Shown: positions 1 through 10,433 of the stretch, in pieces
Layout of the letters: each line of letters opens with the position of its first letter
Numbering within the stretch: the stretch's first letter is position 1
Assembly: GCA_944381135.1 (NCBI GenBank)
Contig: CALWJY010000001.1
Coordinates: 4,378 to 68,377, forward strand
Direction: 5' to 3'
Source of the DNA: an uncultured Clostridia bacterium
Lineage (GTDB): Bacteria > Bacillota > Clostridia > Christensenellales > UBA1242
DNA length: 64,000 nt
The notes under the pieces: generated by a model
The model's database searches: none
What the model saw: the letters and a program-made list of their open reading frames with translations, nothing else
What the model was told of the DNA's origin: nothing
Made by a program: the position numbers and the translations under genes

Positions 1-1
1 C

Positions 2-988
2 ACCTGTGCCATTCGTGAGGGCGCGGAAGACAGAGTTTTTGGAAATGTTGGGGCTTTGAAAAAGTTGAAAAAACAAAAGCCTTCGCTCATCATTGCTGTG
101 TGCGGATGTTCGACACAAAAAGAAAGCACGGCAAACCGCATCATGCGAACTTTTCCTTTTGTTGACATTGTGATTGGCACTTTCAATTTGCCAAATTTTC
201 AGCACTATGTTGAGGCGGTGAAAACGGGCAGACAACTTGAACTTTTCAGCGAGGGCGACATTGACGAAAGCATTCCGTATAAGCGCACAAGCGGGGACAA
301 CGCGTGGGTGAACATCATGCAAGGTTGCAACAATTTTTGCACCTATTGCATTGTGCCATATGTGCGCGGAAGAGAGAAAAGCAGGCAAGAAGAAAACATC
401 TTAAACGAAATTCGCGAGATTGTTGCTGAGGGGAAATATAAAAAAATCACGCTTCTTGGGCAGAATGTCAACTCCTATGGCAAAGATTTGACGCCAGCGG
501 TGCCATTTTCCAAACTTCTGCGTGATGTTTGTGCCATTCCGGGAGATTTTAAGGTTTCTTTCATGACCTCTCATCCAAAAGATTTGACGGATGATGTGAT
601 TGACGCCATTGCTGAAGAGGACAAGGTTTTGAAGGAAATTCATCTTCCAGCGCAGAGCGGAAATAATCGAATTTTGGCACTTATGAACAGAAAATACACG
701 CGTGAGAAATATTTGGACATCATCCGAAAAATTCGCGAAAAAATGCCAAATGCAAGAATAACATCAGACTTCATTGTTGGGTTTCCGACAGAGACGGAAG
801 AGGAGTTTAAAGACACCATGAGTCTTGTTGAAGAGGTGAAGTTTGACGGAATTTTTGCCTTTATGTTTTCTGCGCGCGAGGGCACAGTGGCAAGCAAAAT
901 GGACGGGCAAATTCCGCAAGAAGTCAAACAAAGGCGTGTCAACGAACTTTTGGCACTTGAAAAGAAAATTCAGGAAGGGAAGAAATGA
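2..988 (+). CDS. miaB: tRNA methylthiotransferase MiaB, 5'-partial; no C-terminal TRAM domain
   Basis: Frame is open from the window edge (TCAIREGAEDRVFGNVG). N-terminal cysteines (AVCGC), radical SAM GCNNFCTYC, FMTSHP and DFIVGFPTET motifs. Lies upstream of mutS-mutL-miaA. Confidence 0.9.
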   Translation, partial: TCAIREGAEDRVFGNVGALKKLKKQKPSLIIAVCGCSTQKESTANRIMRTFPFVDIVIGTFNLPNFQHYVEAVKTGRQLELFSEGDIDESIPYKRTSGDNAWVNIMQGCNNFCTYCIVPYVRGREKSRQEENILNEIREIVAEGKYKKITLLGQNVNSYGKDLTPAVPFSKLLRDVCAIPGDFKVSFMTSHPKDLTDDVIDAIAEEDKVLKEIHLPAQSGNNRILALMNRKYTREKYLDIIRKIREKMPNARITSDFIVGFPTETEEEFKDTMSLVEEVKFDGIFAFMFSAREGTVASKMDGQIPQEVKQRRVNELLALEKKIQEGKK

Positions 989-3612
989 GCGAAACAAAAA
1001 AGGTGGCAAGCGTCAAAGAGCCATCACCAATGATTAAACAATATCTTCAAATCAAAGAGGCATACAAAGACTGTGTGCTGTTCTATCGTTTGGGAGATTT
1101 TTATGAACTTTTCTATGATGACGCCATTGAAATTTCCGAAGTGCTTGACCTTGCTTTGACGGGCAAAAACTGCGGAATGGACGAGCGTGCGCCAATGTGT
1201 GGTGTGCCATATCACTCTGCCGAAAGTTATATTGCCAAACTTGTGTCGCTTGGATTTAAGGTGGCAATTTGTGAGCAGACGGGCGAAATCACAAAAGGCT
1301 CAAAAGACCCTGTGAAGCGTGAAGTTGTGCGCGTCATCACGGCGGGAACGGTGACGGACGATGTCATGCTTGAAGAAAACAAAAACAACTTCATCATGTC
1401 CATATTTTTGGCAAACGACAACCTTGCAGTTGTTTGGTGTGACATAACAACAGGCGACTTCAATTTGTGCCATTTTGACGGCGGGCTTGAGAGCAATTTT
1501 TCAGACCTCATCAACCGCGTCATGCCATCGCAAGTGATTGGAAATTCCAGCGCAAAAGAGTTCTACACATCTCTTCCAATTCAGAAACTTGGCGTATATC
1601 CAAGATTTGAGGAATATTTGGAATATGCTTTCGAACAGGACAAGGCAAAAGACAACATCAAAAATCAATTTGGCGAAAATGCACTTAATGTTTTTGAACT
1701 CAAAAACAAACAAGACATTTCGGCAATTGGCTCGCTTTTGGAATATTTAAGTGAGACGCAGAAGCGTTCGCTTAAAAACATCACAAAAATCACCAAAATT
1801 AAAAACGACAAGTTTATGACCATAGACATGAACACAAGGCGAAATCTTGAACTTGTCGAGTCCATCCGCGAGCGCAAAAAATATGGTTCGCTTCTGTGGC
1901 TTATGGACAAAACAAAAACCAGCATGGGCGCAAGATTTTTCAGGTCGATGTTCGACCAGCCATTGCAAAATTCAACAGAAATCAATGACCGTTTGGATGC
2001 GGTTGAAGAGCTTTCCAAAAACCTCATTATGCGTGACCGTTTGAGCGAAGCACTGTCAAAAATTCGAGACATAGAGCGCATTTGCGGAAAGATTGCCTTT
2101 GGAAATGTGACGCCTGTTGACCTTCTCAGTTTCAAGACCTCACTTGCAGAAATTCCAAACTTGAAGCAAGTGCTTTCAAATGTCAAATCCAAACTTTTGA
2201 CATCTTGCAGAGATGGCATGGAAGACTTTGGCGAAATTGTCACACTTCTCGACAACGCCATAGACCCAAAAGCGCCAGCACTCATGAAAGAGGGAAGATA
2301 TATCAAGGAGGGTTTCAACACAGAACTTGATGAACTTCGCCACGCAAAAGAGATTGCCAAGAAGCAATGCAAGAAATTGGAAGAGTTGGAAAAAGAGCAG
2401 ACGGGCATCAAAAACTTGAAGATTGAAAGCAACAATGTGTTTGGATATTACATCGAAGTCAGCAAAGGGCAGACAGACCTTGTTCCACTTCGCTATGTCA
2501 GAAAGCAGACACTCACAAATGCCGAGCGCTACACGACGCCAGACCTCAAAGAAATTGAGGACAGAATTTTAAATTCAGACGAAAATGCCATCAAATTGGA
2601 AGAAAAGTTATATAAAATGCTGTTGGAATATTTGTGCAACTATCTTTCTTCTTTCACAACTGTGGCAAAAATGATTGCACAGGTGGACGCGCTTTTGTCT
2701 TTGGCAACTGTTGCAGTGAAATATAATTTCTGCAAGCCTGTCATCAACAGAAATGTCAAAAAAATTGAGATTGTTGCGGGCAGACATCCAATTGTCGAGA
2801 ATTTCGCAAAAGAGGGGTCGTTCATTGCCAACGACACACTTCTTGACTGCGACGAAAACAAGATGATGATCATCACCGGACCAAACATGGCGGGAAAAAG
2901 CACATACATGCGTCAAGTGGCAATCATCACATTTTTGGCACATATTGGCAGTTTTGTTCCAGCAAAAAGCGCCGAAATTGCCATAACCGACCGCATTTTC
3001 ACGCGTGTGGGCGCAAGTGACGACCTTGCTTTTGGGCAGAGCACTTTCATGGTGGAGATGAGCGAGGTTGCCAACATCCTTTTGAACGCAACTGACAAGA
3101 GTTTGGTTGTTTTGGACGAAATTGGACGCGGAACTTCCACTTTTGACGGGCTTTCAATTGCATGGGCTGTGGTGGAATATATTTGCAAGAACCTAAAATG
3201 CAAGACACTTTTTGCAACACACTATCACGAACTTTCCGAACTTGAGGGGCTTTTGCAGGGTGTGAAGAACTATAAAATCACTGTCAAGGAAATTGGAGAC
3301 ACTGTGGTGTTTTTGCGTAAGATTGTCAGAGGTCATGCAAGCAAGAGTTTTGGCGTGGAGGTTGCCAAACTTGCAGGCGTTCCTCAAAAAGTGATTGAGC
3401 GCGCAAAAGAAATCAGCATCAACCTTGAAAAAGTCAACGAAAAACTTGATATGAACATTTTTGGAGAGGATGAAGAAAAGCGCAAGGCAGAGAAGATGAA
3501 CAAAATCGGTCAAGAGGTGCTTTCAGTGCTTCGAGATTTGGACATCAACCGCATGTCGCCAATTGAAAGTTTTGAGGTGCTTCAAGATTTGATTGAGCGT
3601 GCAAAAGGCTGA
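985..3612 (+). CDS. mutS: DNA mismatch repair protein MutS
   Basis: GDFYELF mismatch motif, GPNMAGKS P-loop, STFMVEM, DEIGRGTST, FATHYHEL. Confidence 0.98.
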   Translation: MSETKKVASVKEPSPMIKQYLQIKEAYKDCVLFYRLGDFYELFYDDAIEISEVLDLALTGKNCGMDERAPMCGVPYHSAESYIAKLVSLGFKVAICEQTGEITKGSKDPVKREVVRVITAGTVTDDVMLEENKNNFIMSIFLANDNLAVVWCDITTGDFNLCHFDGGLESNFSDLINRVMPSQVIGNSSAKEFYTSLPIQKLGVYPRFEEYLEYAFEQDKAKDNIKNQFGENALNVFELKNKQDISAIGSLLEYLSETQKRSLKNITKITKIKNDKFMTIDMNTRRNLELVESIRERKKYGSLLWLMDKTKTSMGARFFRSMFDQPLQNSTEINDRLDAVEELSKNLIMRDRLSEALSKIRDIERICGKIAFGNVTPVDLLSFKTSLAEIPNLKQVLSNVKSKLLTSCRDGMEDFGEIVTLLDNAIDPKAPALMKEGRYIKEGFNTELDELRHAKEIAKKQCKKLEELEKEQTGIKNLKIESNNVFGYYIEVSKGQTDLVPLRYVRKQTLTNAERYTTPDLKEIEDRILNSDENAIKLEEKLYKMLLEYLCNYLSSFTTVAKMIAQVDALLSLATVAVKYNFCKPVINRNVKKIEIVAGRHPIVENFAKEGSFIANDTLLDCDENKMMIITGPNMAGKSTYMRQVAIITFLAHIGSFVPAKSAEIAITDRIFTRVGASDDLAFGQSTFMVEMSEVANILLNATDKSLVVLDEIGRGTSTFDGLSIAWAVVEYICKNLKCKTLFATHYHELSELEGLLQGVKNYKITVKEIGDTVVFLRKIVRGHASKSFGVEVAKLAGVPQKVIERAKEISINLEKVNEKLDMNIFGEDEEKRKAEKMNKIGQEVLSVLRDLDINRMSPIESFEVLQDLIERAKG

Positions 3613-3806
3613 GTTTTTAGGAAGTGCAAAGCAAATTGACATGGCAAAATGTATGAAGTTTAACCATTAGTTTAAGCATTAATGAAAGGAAAAAGTTAAT
3701 CCATTTTGATTTTTGGACACAGAAAAAGTTGATGTCGAATTTTCAAAAGAGAAAACAAAACAGACGCATGGCATTGAAACTGAATTGCGTTTGAAAAGGA
3801 GGAAAC

Positions 3807-5864
3807 ATGGCAATAAATTTGTTGTCACCAAGAATTTATAATCGAATTGCGGCGGGCGAGGTTGTTGAAAGACCGGCATCTGTCGTCAAAGAACTTGTTG
3901 AAAACAGTTTGGATGCGGGTGCAACACAAATTAGAGTTGAAATCGCTGAAGGCGGAATCAAGAAAATTTCCGTTTCGGACAATGGTTGTGGAATTTCAAA
4001 AGAAGATTTGCCACTTGCTTTTTTGCCACATGCCACAAGCAAAATTTCCAATCTTGAAGATTTGGACGAGATTGCAACTTTAGGGTTTCGTGGTGAGGCG
4101 CTTGCAAGCATTGCGTCAGTTTCGATGGTCAGTTTGACAACCAAAACAAAGGGCGAAGAGACAGGTCACAGAATTGAAGCCAACGGCGGAGAAATTTCAA
4201 AAATCAGCGAAGTTGCAAGGCTTGACGGAACAACAATCACTGTGGACAATTTGTTCTACAACACTCCAGCACGCGCAAAATTTTTGAAGAAACCAAAATC
4301 GGAAGAGGGCGAGGTGACGCATCTTTTTGAAAAGTTCATGATGGCGCATCCTGAAGTGGACTTTTGCTATGTTGTGGACGGAAAAGAAATCTACAACCAC
4401 TCTTCAGGCACTTTGGATGAAGTGATTTATCTCATCTATGGGCGTGAGGTTTTTGACAACCTTTTAAAACTTGATTTTCAGGATGAGAACATCAAGGTGA
4501 GTGGATATGTTGTCTCTCCAAAAATGACGCGTCCAAACAGAACCTATCAAACCTTGTTTGTCAACGGCAGATATGTTGAAAACTATATGGTTTCGGCGTG
4601 CGTTCAGGGAGTGTTTGAGCGCATGATTATGAAAGGCAGATTTCCAATCTATGTCATCAAACTTGAAATGCCTTTTGACAAGGTGGATGTCAATGTTCAT
4701 CCAAACAAAAAGGAAGTTAAGTTTGAAAATTCTTCGCGTGTTTTTGGTGTCATCAGGCGTGCAGTCGAAAAGGCACTTGTTTCAAGCAATTTGATTGCCG
4801 ATTTTGAATATTCCGAAAAAGAAGAGAAAGAATGGAGCAAATTCAGCATAAAGGGTGACGAAAATTTGGCTCAAACCGGTTTCAACGCCATTCAAGACAG
4901 AAAATATGAAAAATTGCGTGACGGTGAGGGTGCAAGTTATGTTGTTTCCGTTGATGATGACAGTATGAAAGAGAAAATTCTCTCACCAAAGGACTATCAA
5001 AAGAAAGGCATTGACATCATCAATATGCCAAACTTTTCGTCAGTCAAATCGGACGCCGAAAGCAAGAAGAACCGCAAAGGCGGAAACATTTTCTTTGACC
5101 ATTCGGGAGACAGTCTGTTGCACGAAGTTGAAATTTCTGTGCAAAAAGATGAAGAGGATGCTCAAAAACTTGCCGAAAATTCCAAAGAGGCTGACACAAC
5201 ACAAGCGGATGTTTTTGGCGAGGTGAGGCAGGAAAATGGGCAAGAATTTGCAAAAAGAACACCAAACTTCGTTGAGGAAAAGTTTTTGAAAGTTGGTGCA
5301 GATGAAATCAAAATTGTTGGCGTGGTGTTTAGGACCTACATCATCACTGAATTTGACGACAGCATTTATGTCATCGACCAGCACGCTATGCACGAAAGAC
5401 AGAATTATGACAAATTGAAAGCGCAAATTGAAAATCACAATGTTGCAAAACAAGATTTGCTTTTGCCATATGAAATCAATTTGCTCTCCAAAGACCGCGA
5501 GAAAATGGAAAACGCTTTGGACAATTTGCACCAAATTGGTTTTGAAATTCAGCAAAATGGTGGAAACTTCAAAGTGACAAGTGTGCCTTTTGTGCTTTCT
5601 GGAATTGACATGAACAAGTTTTTGCAAGAAATTTTGCAAGAGGATGTGATTGGCGAAAAGACGGCAAGTGGACTTATCAACGAAAAACTTTGTCAGTCGG
5701 CATGTAAGCATTCAATCAGAGCAGGCGACAACATTTCAAAGGACGAAATCATGTTTTTGATTGACAAAATCAAGGACGGCGTGACTCTTTGTCCACACGG
5801 CAGACCAATCATTGTGAAAATCACAAGAAAAGAACTTGAAAAAATGTTTAAAAGAACATTGTGA
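3807..5864 (+). CDS. mutL: DNA mismatch repair endonuclease MutL
   Basis: IAAGEVVERPASVVKELVENSLDAG and GFRGEAL; endonuclease motifs DQHAMHER, ACK and CPHGRP; AGGAGG RBS. Confidence 0.98.
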   Translation: MAINLLSPRIYNRIAAGEVVERPASVVKELVENSLDAGATQIRVEIAEGGIKKISVSDNGCGISKEDLPLAFLPHATSKISNLEDLDEIATLGFRGEALASIASVSMVSLTTKTKGEETGHRIEANGGEISKISEVARLDGTTITVDNLFYNTPARAKFLKKPKSEEGEVTHLFEKFMMAHPEVDFCYVVDGKEIYNHSSGTLDEVIYLIYGREVFDNLLKLDFQDENIKVSGYVVSPKMTRPNRTYQTLFVNGRYVENYMVSACVQGVFERMIMKGRFPIYVIKLEMPFDKVDVNVHPNKKEVKFENSSRVFGVIRRAVEKALVSSNLIADFEYSEKEEKEWSKFSIKGDENLAQTGFNAIQDRKYEKLRDGEGASYVVSVDDDSMKEKILSPKDYQKKGIDIINMPNFSSVKSDAESKKNRKGGNIFFDHSGDSLLHEVEISVQKDEEDAQKLAENSKEADTTQADVFGEVRQENGQEFAKRTPNFVEEKFLKVGADEIKIVGVVFRTYIITEFDDSIYVIDQHAMHERQNYDKLKAQIENHNVAKQDLLLPYEINLLSKDREKMENALDNLHQIGFEIQQNGGNFKVTSVPFVLSGIDMNKFLQEILQEDVIGEKTASGLINEKLCQSACKHSIRAGDNISKDEIMFLIDKIKDGVTLCPHGRPIIVKITRKELEKMFKRTL

Positions 5865-5896
5865 AATCTATAATTTGTTGAAAAAGTGAAAAATAT

Positions 5897-6814
5897 ATGG
5901 AAGAAAAGAAAGATAAGGTCATTTTCATTCTTGGGCCAACAGCGGTGGGCAAAAGTTTTGTCAGCGTAAGCCTTGCAAAAAAAATTAATGGAGAAATCAT
6001 TTCGGCAGACAGCGTTCAGATTTTCAAGGGGCTTGACATCGGCTCGGCAAAAGTGACAAAAGATGAAATGGGCGGAATTGTCCACCATGCAATTGACATA
6101 TGTGAGCCAGAGGACAGTTTCACAGTTTTTGATTTTGTGGAATACACAAAGAAGAAAATCAAGGAAATTTGCGCGCGAGGAAAACTTCCAATTGTGGTTG
6201 GTGGAACGGGGCTTTATGTCAAGGCGCTGACGCAGGGCTTCAATTTTGGCGGAGTGGATAAGGATGAAAATTTAAGGCAAAAATTGGAACAGATTGCGGA
6301 CGAAAAAGGAAATGATGCACTGTTTGAAATGTTGAAAGAAAAAGATGTAAGTTTGGCGGAAAAAACAGACAGATTCAACCGTGTCAGGCTTGTCCGAGCA
6401 CTTGAGATTGCTTTTTCAAAAGGTGAGAAAATCACTTCAAGCGTGGAATTTGAATCACTTTTGATTGTATTGACAAAACCGCGAGAAGAGTTATATCAAG
6501 CCATCAATGTGCGCGTTGACAAGATGATTGAAGACGGGCTTGTGCAAGAGGTTGAGGGCTTGAAAAGGCGCGGGCTTAGTGAAGAAAACCAATCTATGCA
6601 CGCGATTGGATATAAAGAAGTGTTGGCATTTTTGGATGGCAAAATTGCCAAAGATGAGATGATTTCGCTTGTCAAACAACACAGCCGAAACTATGCCAAA
6701 AGGCAGATGACTTTTTTGCGCGGGATGAAAGATGTCCATATGGTTGACATGCAAAATGTGACAGATGGGCTTATGGAAGTTGAAAAATTGGTGGGAGAAT
6801 ATTTGAAAAAGTGA
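5897..6814 (+). CDS. miaA: tRNA dimethylallyltransferase
   Basis: GPTAVGKS, DSVQIFKGLDIGSAK, VGGTGLY, RNYAKRQMT. Confidence 0.97.
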   Translation: MEEKKDKVIFILGPTAVGKSFVSVSLAKKINGEIISADSVQIFKGLDIGSAKVTKDEMGGIVHHAIDICEPEDSFTVFDFVEYTKKKIKEICARGKLPIVVGGTGLYVKALTQGFNFGGVDKDENLRQKLEQIADEKGNDALFEMLKEKDVSLAEKTDRFNRVRLVRALEIAFSKGEKITSSVEFESLLIVLTKPREELYQAINVRVDKMIEDGLVQEVEGLKRRGLSEENQSMHAIGYKEVLAFLDGKIAKDEMISLVKQHSRNYAKRQMTFLRGMKDVHMVDMQNVTDGLMEVEKLVGEYLKK

Positions 6815-6842
6815 GATTTTCAAAAGAAATGAGGTTATTTTA

Positions 6843-8081
6843 ATGAAAAACAAATTGATTGATGAAGAAAAACTGAGCAAAATTGAAGAGATTGAAAAGA
6901 AATTGGAGGGCAAATTTAAGGAAATTGAAAAAATTGCGCTCATAAATCAGAAAAAAGTGCTTGACGCGTTTTCTGAAATTGGCGTGACGACTTCACATTT
7001 CGCCGGCACAACGGGCTATGGCTACACCGACAAGGGCAGAGACGATTTTGCAAGAGTTGTTGCCAAAATTTTTGGCGCTGAGGATGCCATTTGTTCGCCA
7101 CATCTCACTTGCGGAACACACACAATTGCAACGGCGCTCTATGGACTTTTGCGTCCAAAAGATTTGATGGTTTCCATAACGGGCGACCTATATGACACAC
7201 TTCATGACACTCTTTATGGCAAAGACAATGGAAGTCTTGAAAGTTTGGGTATTGATTTCAAATTCATTGATTTGCTCTCTGACGAAAGTTTTGACGAAGA
7301 AAAAATTTTCAAAACCGTCAAAAAACACAAGCCAAGAGTGGTTTTTGTTCAGAAATCGAGAGGATATTCCAACAGACGCGCACTTTCTTGCACTGAAATG
7401 GAACCAATTTTCAAAAAAATCAAGGAACTTTCGCCTAAAACTTTCATTGTTGTGGACAACTGCTATGGCGAATTTGTGGAAGAAATTGAACCAACCAATG
7501 TCGGCGCAGATGTTTGCATGGGGTCGTTCATAAAAAATTTGGGAGGCTCACTTGCTCCAACGGGCGGATATATTGTCGGCACAAAGGAGGCAATTGGAAA
7601 AATTGAAAACCGCTTCACTTGTCCATCTCTTGGGCGCGAAACGGGCAGTTATGAGGGTGGCTATCGCCTTTTCTATCAAGGACTTTTCCTTGCGCCACAT
7701 GTTGTCAGCCAAGCGGTGAAAGGAAGTTTGCTTATTGGTGAAGTGATGAAAGCGCAGGGGTATAAAATTATCCCAGAGACTGATGCAAAATGTTGTGACA
7801 TAATCAAAAGTGTGGTTTTTGACACGCAAGAAGAACTCATCTCTTTTGTGCAACTCATTCAAAGGCTTTCACCGGTGGACAGCACATTTGTGCCTGTTCC
7901 ATACGCAATGGCGGGCTACACCACCGATGTCATCATGGCTGCAGGAACTTTTGTTGAGGGGGCAAGTTTGGAACTTTCTTGCGACAGTCCAATCAAAAAG
8001 CCATACATTGCCTATTTTCAAGGTGGCATAACATATGAGCAACTTCGTCTTGTCGCCATTGCACTTCTTGAATTAAAATGA
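6843..8081 (+). CDS. PLP-dependent methionine gamma-lyase family (YnbB / aluminium-resistance) protein
   Basis: TTGYGY, VDNCYGEF, GSFIKNLGG (PLP lysine), MAAGTFVEGASLELSCD; usual position after miaA. Confidence 0.9.
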   Translation: MKNKLIDEEKLSKIEEIEKKLEGKFKEIEKIALINQKKVLDAFSEIGVTTSHFAGTTGYGYTDKGRDDFARVVAKIFGAEDAICSPHLTCGTHTIATALYGLLRPKDLMVSITGDLYDTLHDTLYGKDNGSLESLGIDFKFIDLLSDESFDEEKIFKTVKKHKPRVVFVQKSRGYSNRRALSCTEMEPIFKKIKELSPKTFIVVDNCYGEFVEEIEPTNVGADVCMGSFIKNLGGSLAPTGGYIVGTKEAIGKIENRFTCPSLGRETGSYEGGYRLFYQGLFLAPHVVSQAVKGSLLIGEVMKAQGYKIIPETDAKCCDIIKSVVFDTQEELISFVQLIQRLSPVDSTFVPVPYAMAGYTTDVIMAAGTFVEGASLELSCDSPIKKPYIAYFQGGITYEQLRLVAIALLELK

Positions 8082-8146
8082 TGAATTTTTGTTTAGCGAA
8101 ACTCAACCTCCAAATTGAGATGTTAAGCAAAATTTAAAACAAATTT

Positions 8147-8172
8147 AGAACAGCAAATTGCTGTTCTTTTTC
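8147..8172 (+). terminator. intrinsic terminator
   Basis: AGAACAGCA-aat-TGCTGTTCT followed by a T-run. Confidence 0.7.
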
Positions 8173-8197
8173 TTCTTTTATATTAATAAGATAAAAT

Positions 8198-8821
8198 ATG
8201 GTCAAGTCCTATAAAGCACATTCATTCATAAATGGGTTGCGATTTTCGTGTGCGAATGCCATAAAGGCAAACAAAGTGAAAATCATCATAACTTTCATTT
8301 TGATTTTGGTGGCAATTTTCACGGGGGTTTTTATTGCGGTTCGAAGTCACAACACATACTCACTCTATAATCTTCAAGAAATTTCGCTTGATGATTTCTA
8401 TTCCGGCATGGCTGCCTCGGCGTCCGCTTTTGGCTCGCGCACACTTTCGCTTTTCATCAATGTGACAATTCTTGTGTGCCTTTCATTTTCACCATATCTT
8501 TTTCCATTGTCACTGATTTTGTTTGTCTATCGTGGATATTTGTTTGGTCTGAACTTTGCACTGATTTTCATTTTCTATGGTGTTGGTTCAATTTTCACGG
8601 CAGTCATCATCATTCTTCCTTGCCAACTTTTGACGCTTTTCGTCATGGTGATTTTCTATCTTGTGCTTGAACGAATGAATTGCAATTGCAGGCGTTTTGG
8701 GAAAGGTGATTGCAATCGTTTGTTCTACATCTTGGCGGGGTTTGTGCTTTTGGTTTTAATCAACCTTGTTGAAACCTTGCTTTTGTGCCTCTTGAGTGGC
8801 AGGGTGATTATGGTCATTTAA
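8198..8821 (+). CDS. multi-pass membrane protein, probable stage II sporulation protein M
   Basis: 207 aa with about 5 hydrophobic segments and a YRGYLFG motif; directly upstream of dacF-scpAB, where spoIIM usually lies. Confidence 0.6.
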   Translation: MVKSYKAHSFINGLRFSCANAIKANKVKIIITFILILVAIFTGVFIAVRSHNTYSLYNLQEISLDDFYSGMAASASAFGSRTLSLFINVTILVCLSFSPYLFPLSLILFVYRGYLFGLNFALIFIFYGVGSIFTAVIIILPCQLLTLFVMVIFYLVLERMNCNCRRFGKGDCNRLFYILAGFVLLVLINLVETLLLCLLSGRVIMVI

Positions 8822-8974
8822 CTTTCCTTTTGTTGTGCAAATTAAAACAAGATTTTAATTTTTGTGATTATAGAAATGGTTTGTGAAATTCATTTTGACA
8901 TTTTAAATCAAAAAAGGTTGACGAATAAAAACCGAATGATTGAAAAAACTATTTAACAAAAGGAGATTTGGAAG

Positions 8975-10135
8975 ATGAGAAAAATTTACATATCTTGTGT
9001 ATTATGCATACTTGCATTCGCCATATTTTGTGGTGGTATGCAAGGTTTGACGCATTTTGTTTATGCCTCAAATGATGTTGACATCACAAGCAAAAGTGCA
9101 ATTTTGATGGAATATGACAGCGGAGAAGTTTTGTTTGCAAAAGACGAAACTCAGCATTTGCCGGTTGCCAGCATGGTGAAGATGATGACAATTTTGATTG
9201 CACTCGAAGAACTTGACGCGGGAAACATCTCACTTGACACGCTCATCACAACAACTGAAAATGCGTCAAGCATGGGTGGGTCACAAGTGTTCATTGACCC
9301 TTATGTTGACTATTCCTTTGAGGACCTTTTGAAGTCGGTCATCATGGCATCGGCAAACGATGCGTCCGTTGCGCTTGCGGAATATTTCAACGGGAATGAA
9401 AAGGCTTTTGTCAACCGCATGAACAAGCGTGCCAAAGAACTTGGCATGACTGACACAAACTATGTCAACTGCACTGGACTTCCAGCACCGGAGCAATATT
9501 CTTCTGCAAAGGACACTGCCATTTTGTTGAAAGAAATTATGAAACATGAAACCTATCATGCCTACAGCACCATTTGGATGGACGAACTTGTGCATCCATC
9601 TGGGCGCAAGACCGAACTTGTCAACACAAACAGATTGATTAGATATTATCAAGGTTGTGACGGCGGAAAAACAGGCTCGACAAATGAAGCAGGATGTTGT
9701 CTTGGGGCGTCTGCAAAACGCGGTGACATGAGGTTGATTTCAGTGGTTGTTGGTGCGCCAAACAGCAAGACCCGCTTCAATGAAAGTGCCACACTTTTCA
9801 ACTACGGCTTTGCAAATTTTGAAAGTGAAAAACTTGTCAAAACAGACACACCAATTTCAAATGTAGCTATTTCAAAAGGAAAAATTGACGCTGTTGATGT
9901 GTTTGCGCAGGAAGATTTTTCGGCAGTTGTGAAGAAAGGTGACACATCGGGATATGAGGTCAGCGTGGAAGTGGAAGAGAAGGTTAAAGCACCAACAAAG
10001 GCAGGACAACAAGTTGGAGAAGTTGTGGTCACAAGAAACGGAAACATTGTCAAAAGAATTCCAATTGTTGTCAAAGAAGACATCAAACATCTGTCATACT
10101 TTGAAACCGCACAAAAAGTGATTAATGAGTGGTAA
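8975..10135 (+). CDS. dacF: D-alanyl-D-alanine carboxypeptidase (DacF type)
   Basis: Signal peptide, SMVK (SxxK), SAN (SxN), KTG; GGSQVF and LVNTNRLI as in DacF; upstream GAATA..AAACTA forespore-sigma-like promoter. Confidence 0.8.
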   Translation: MRKIYISCVLCILAFAIFCGGMQGLTHFVYASNDVDITSKSAILMEYDSGEVLFAKDETQHLPVASMVKMMTILIALEELDAGNISLDTLITTTENASSMGGSQVFIDPYVDYSFEDLLKSVIMASANDASVALAEYFNGNEKAFVNRMNKRAKELGMTDTNYVNCTGLPAPEQYSSAKDTAILLKEIMKHETYHAYSTIWMDELVHPSGRKTELVNTNRLIRYYQGCDGGKTGSTNEAGCCLGASAKRGDMRLISVVVGAPNSKTRFNESATLFNYGFANFESEKLVKTDTPISNVAISKGKIDAVDVFAQEDFSAVVKKGDTSGYEVSVEVEEKVKAPTKAGQQVGEVVVTRNGNIVKRIPIVVKEDIKHLSYFETAQKVINEW

Positions 10136-10362
10136 AACCAAAACGCAATCGAAAGGTTGTCAACCAAAATTGAAAATGAGCAAATGAAACGGATGATGCA
10201 AAAATTGTGAATGAAAAATGAAATGTATGTTAAATAAAAATTGGGAAATGAATGTTTGGTGAAAATTTAATGAAACAAATTTTTAAATGAAATTTTCAAA
10301 CAAAAATTAAACCACGAATTAAGTCCATTTAACTATTAATTAAATCCATAATGAATTGACAG

Positions 10363-10387
10363 AAAAAGCGAAACTTCGCTTTTTTTG
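10363..10387 (+). terminator. intrinsic terminator
   Basis: AAAAAGCGAA-ac-TTCGCTTTTT hairpin with T-run. Confidence 0.65.
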
Positions 10388-10397
10388 TTTTATTTGC

Positions 10398-10427
10398 TTG
10401 ATTTTGCGGTGCTTAACATGATATACT
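10398..10427 (+). promoter_or_regulatory. SigA-type promoter, 6 nt upstream of the scpA GTG
   Basis: TTGATT-18-TATACT with extended -10 TG. Confidence 0.6.
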
Positions 10428-10433
10428 TTTTGT

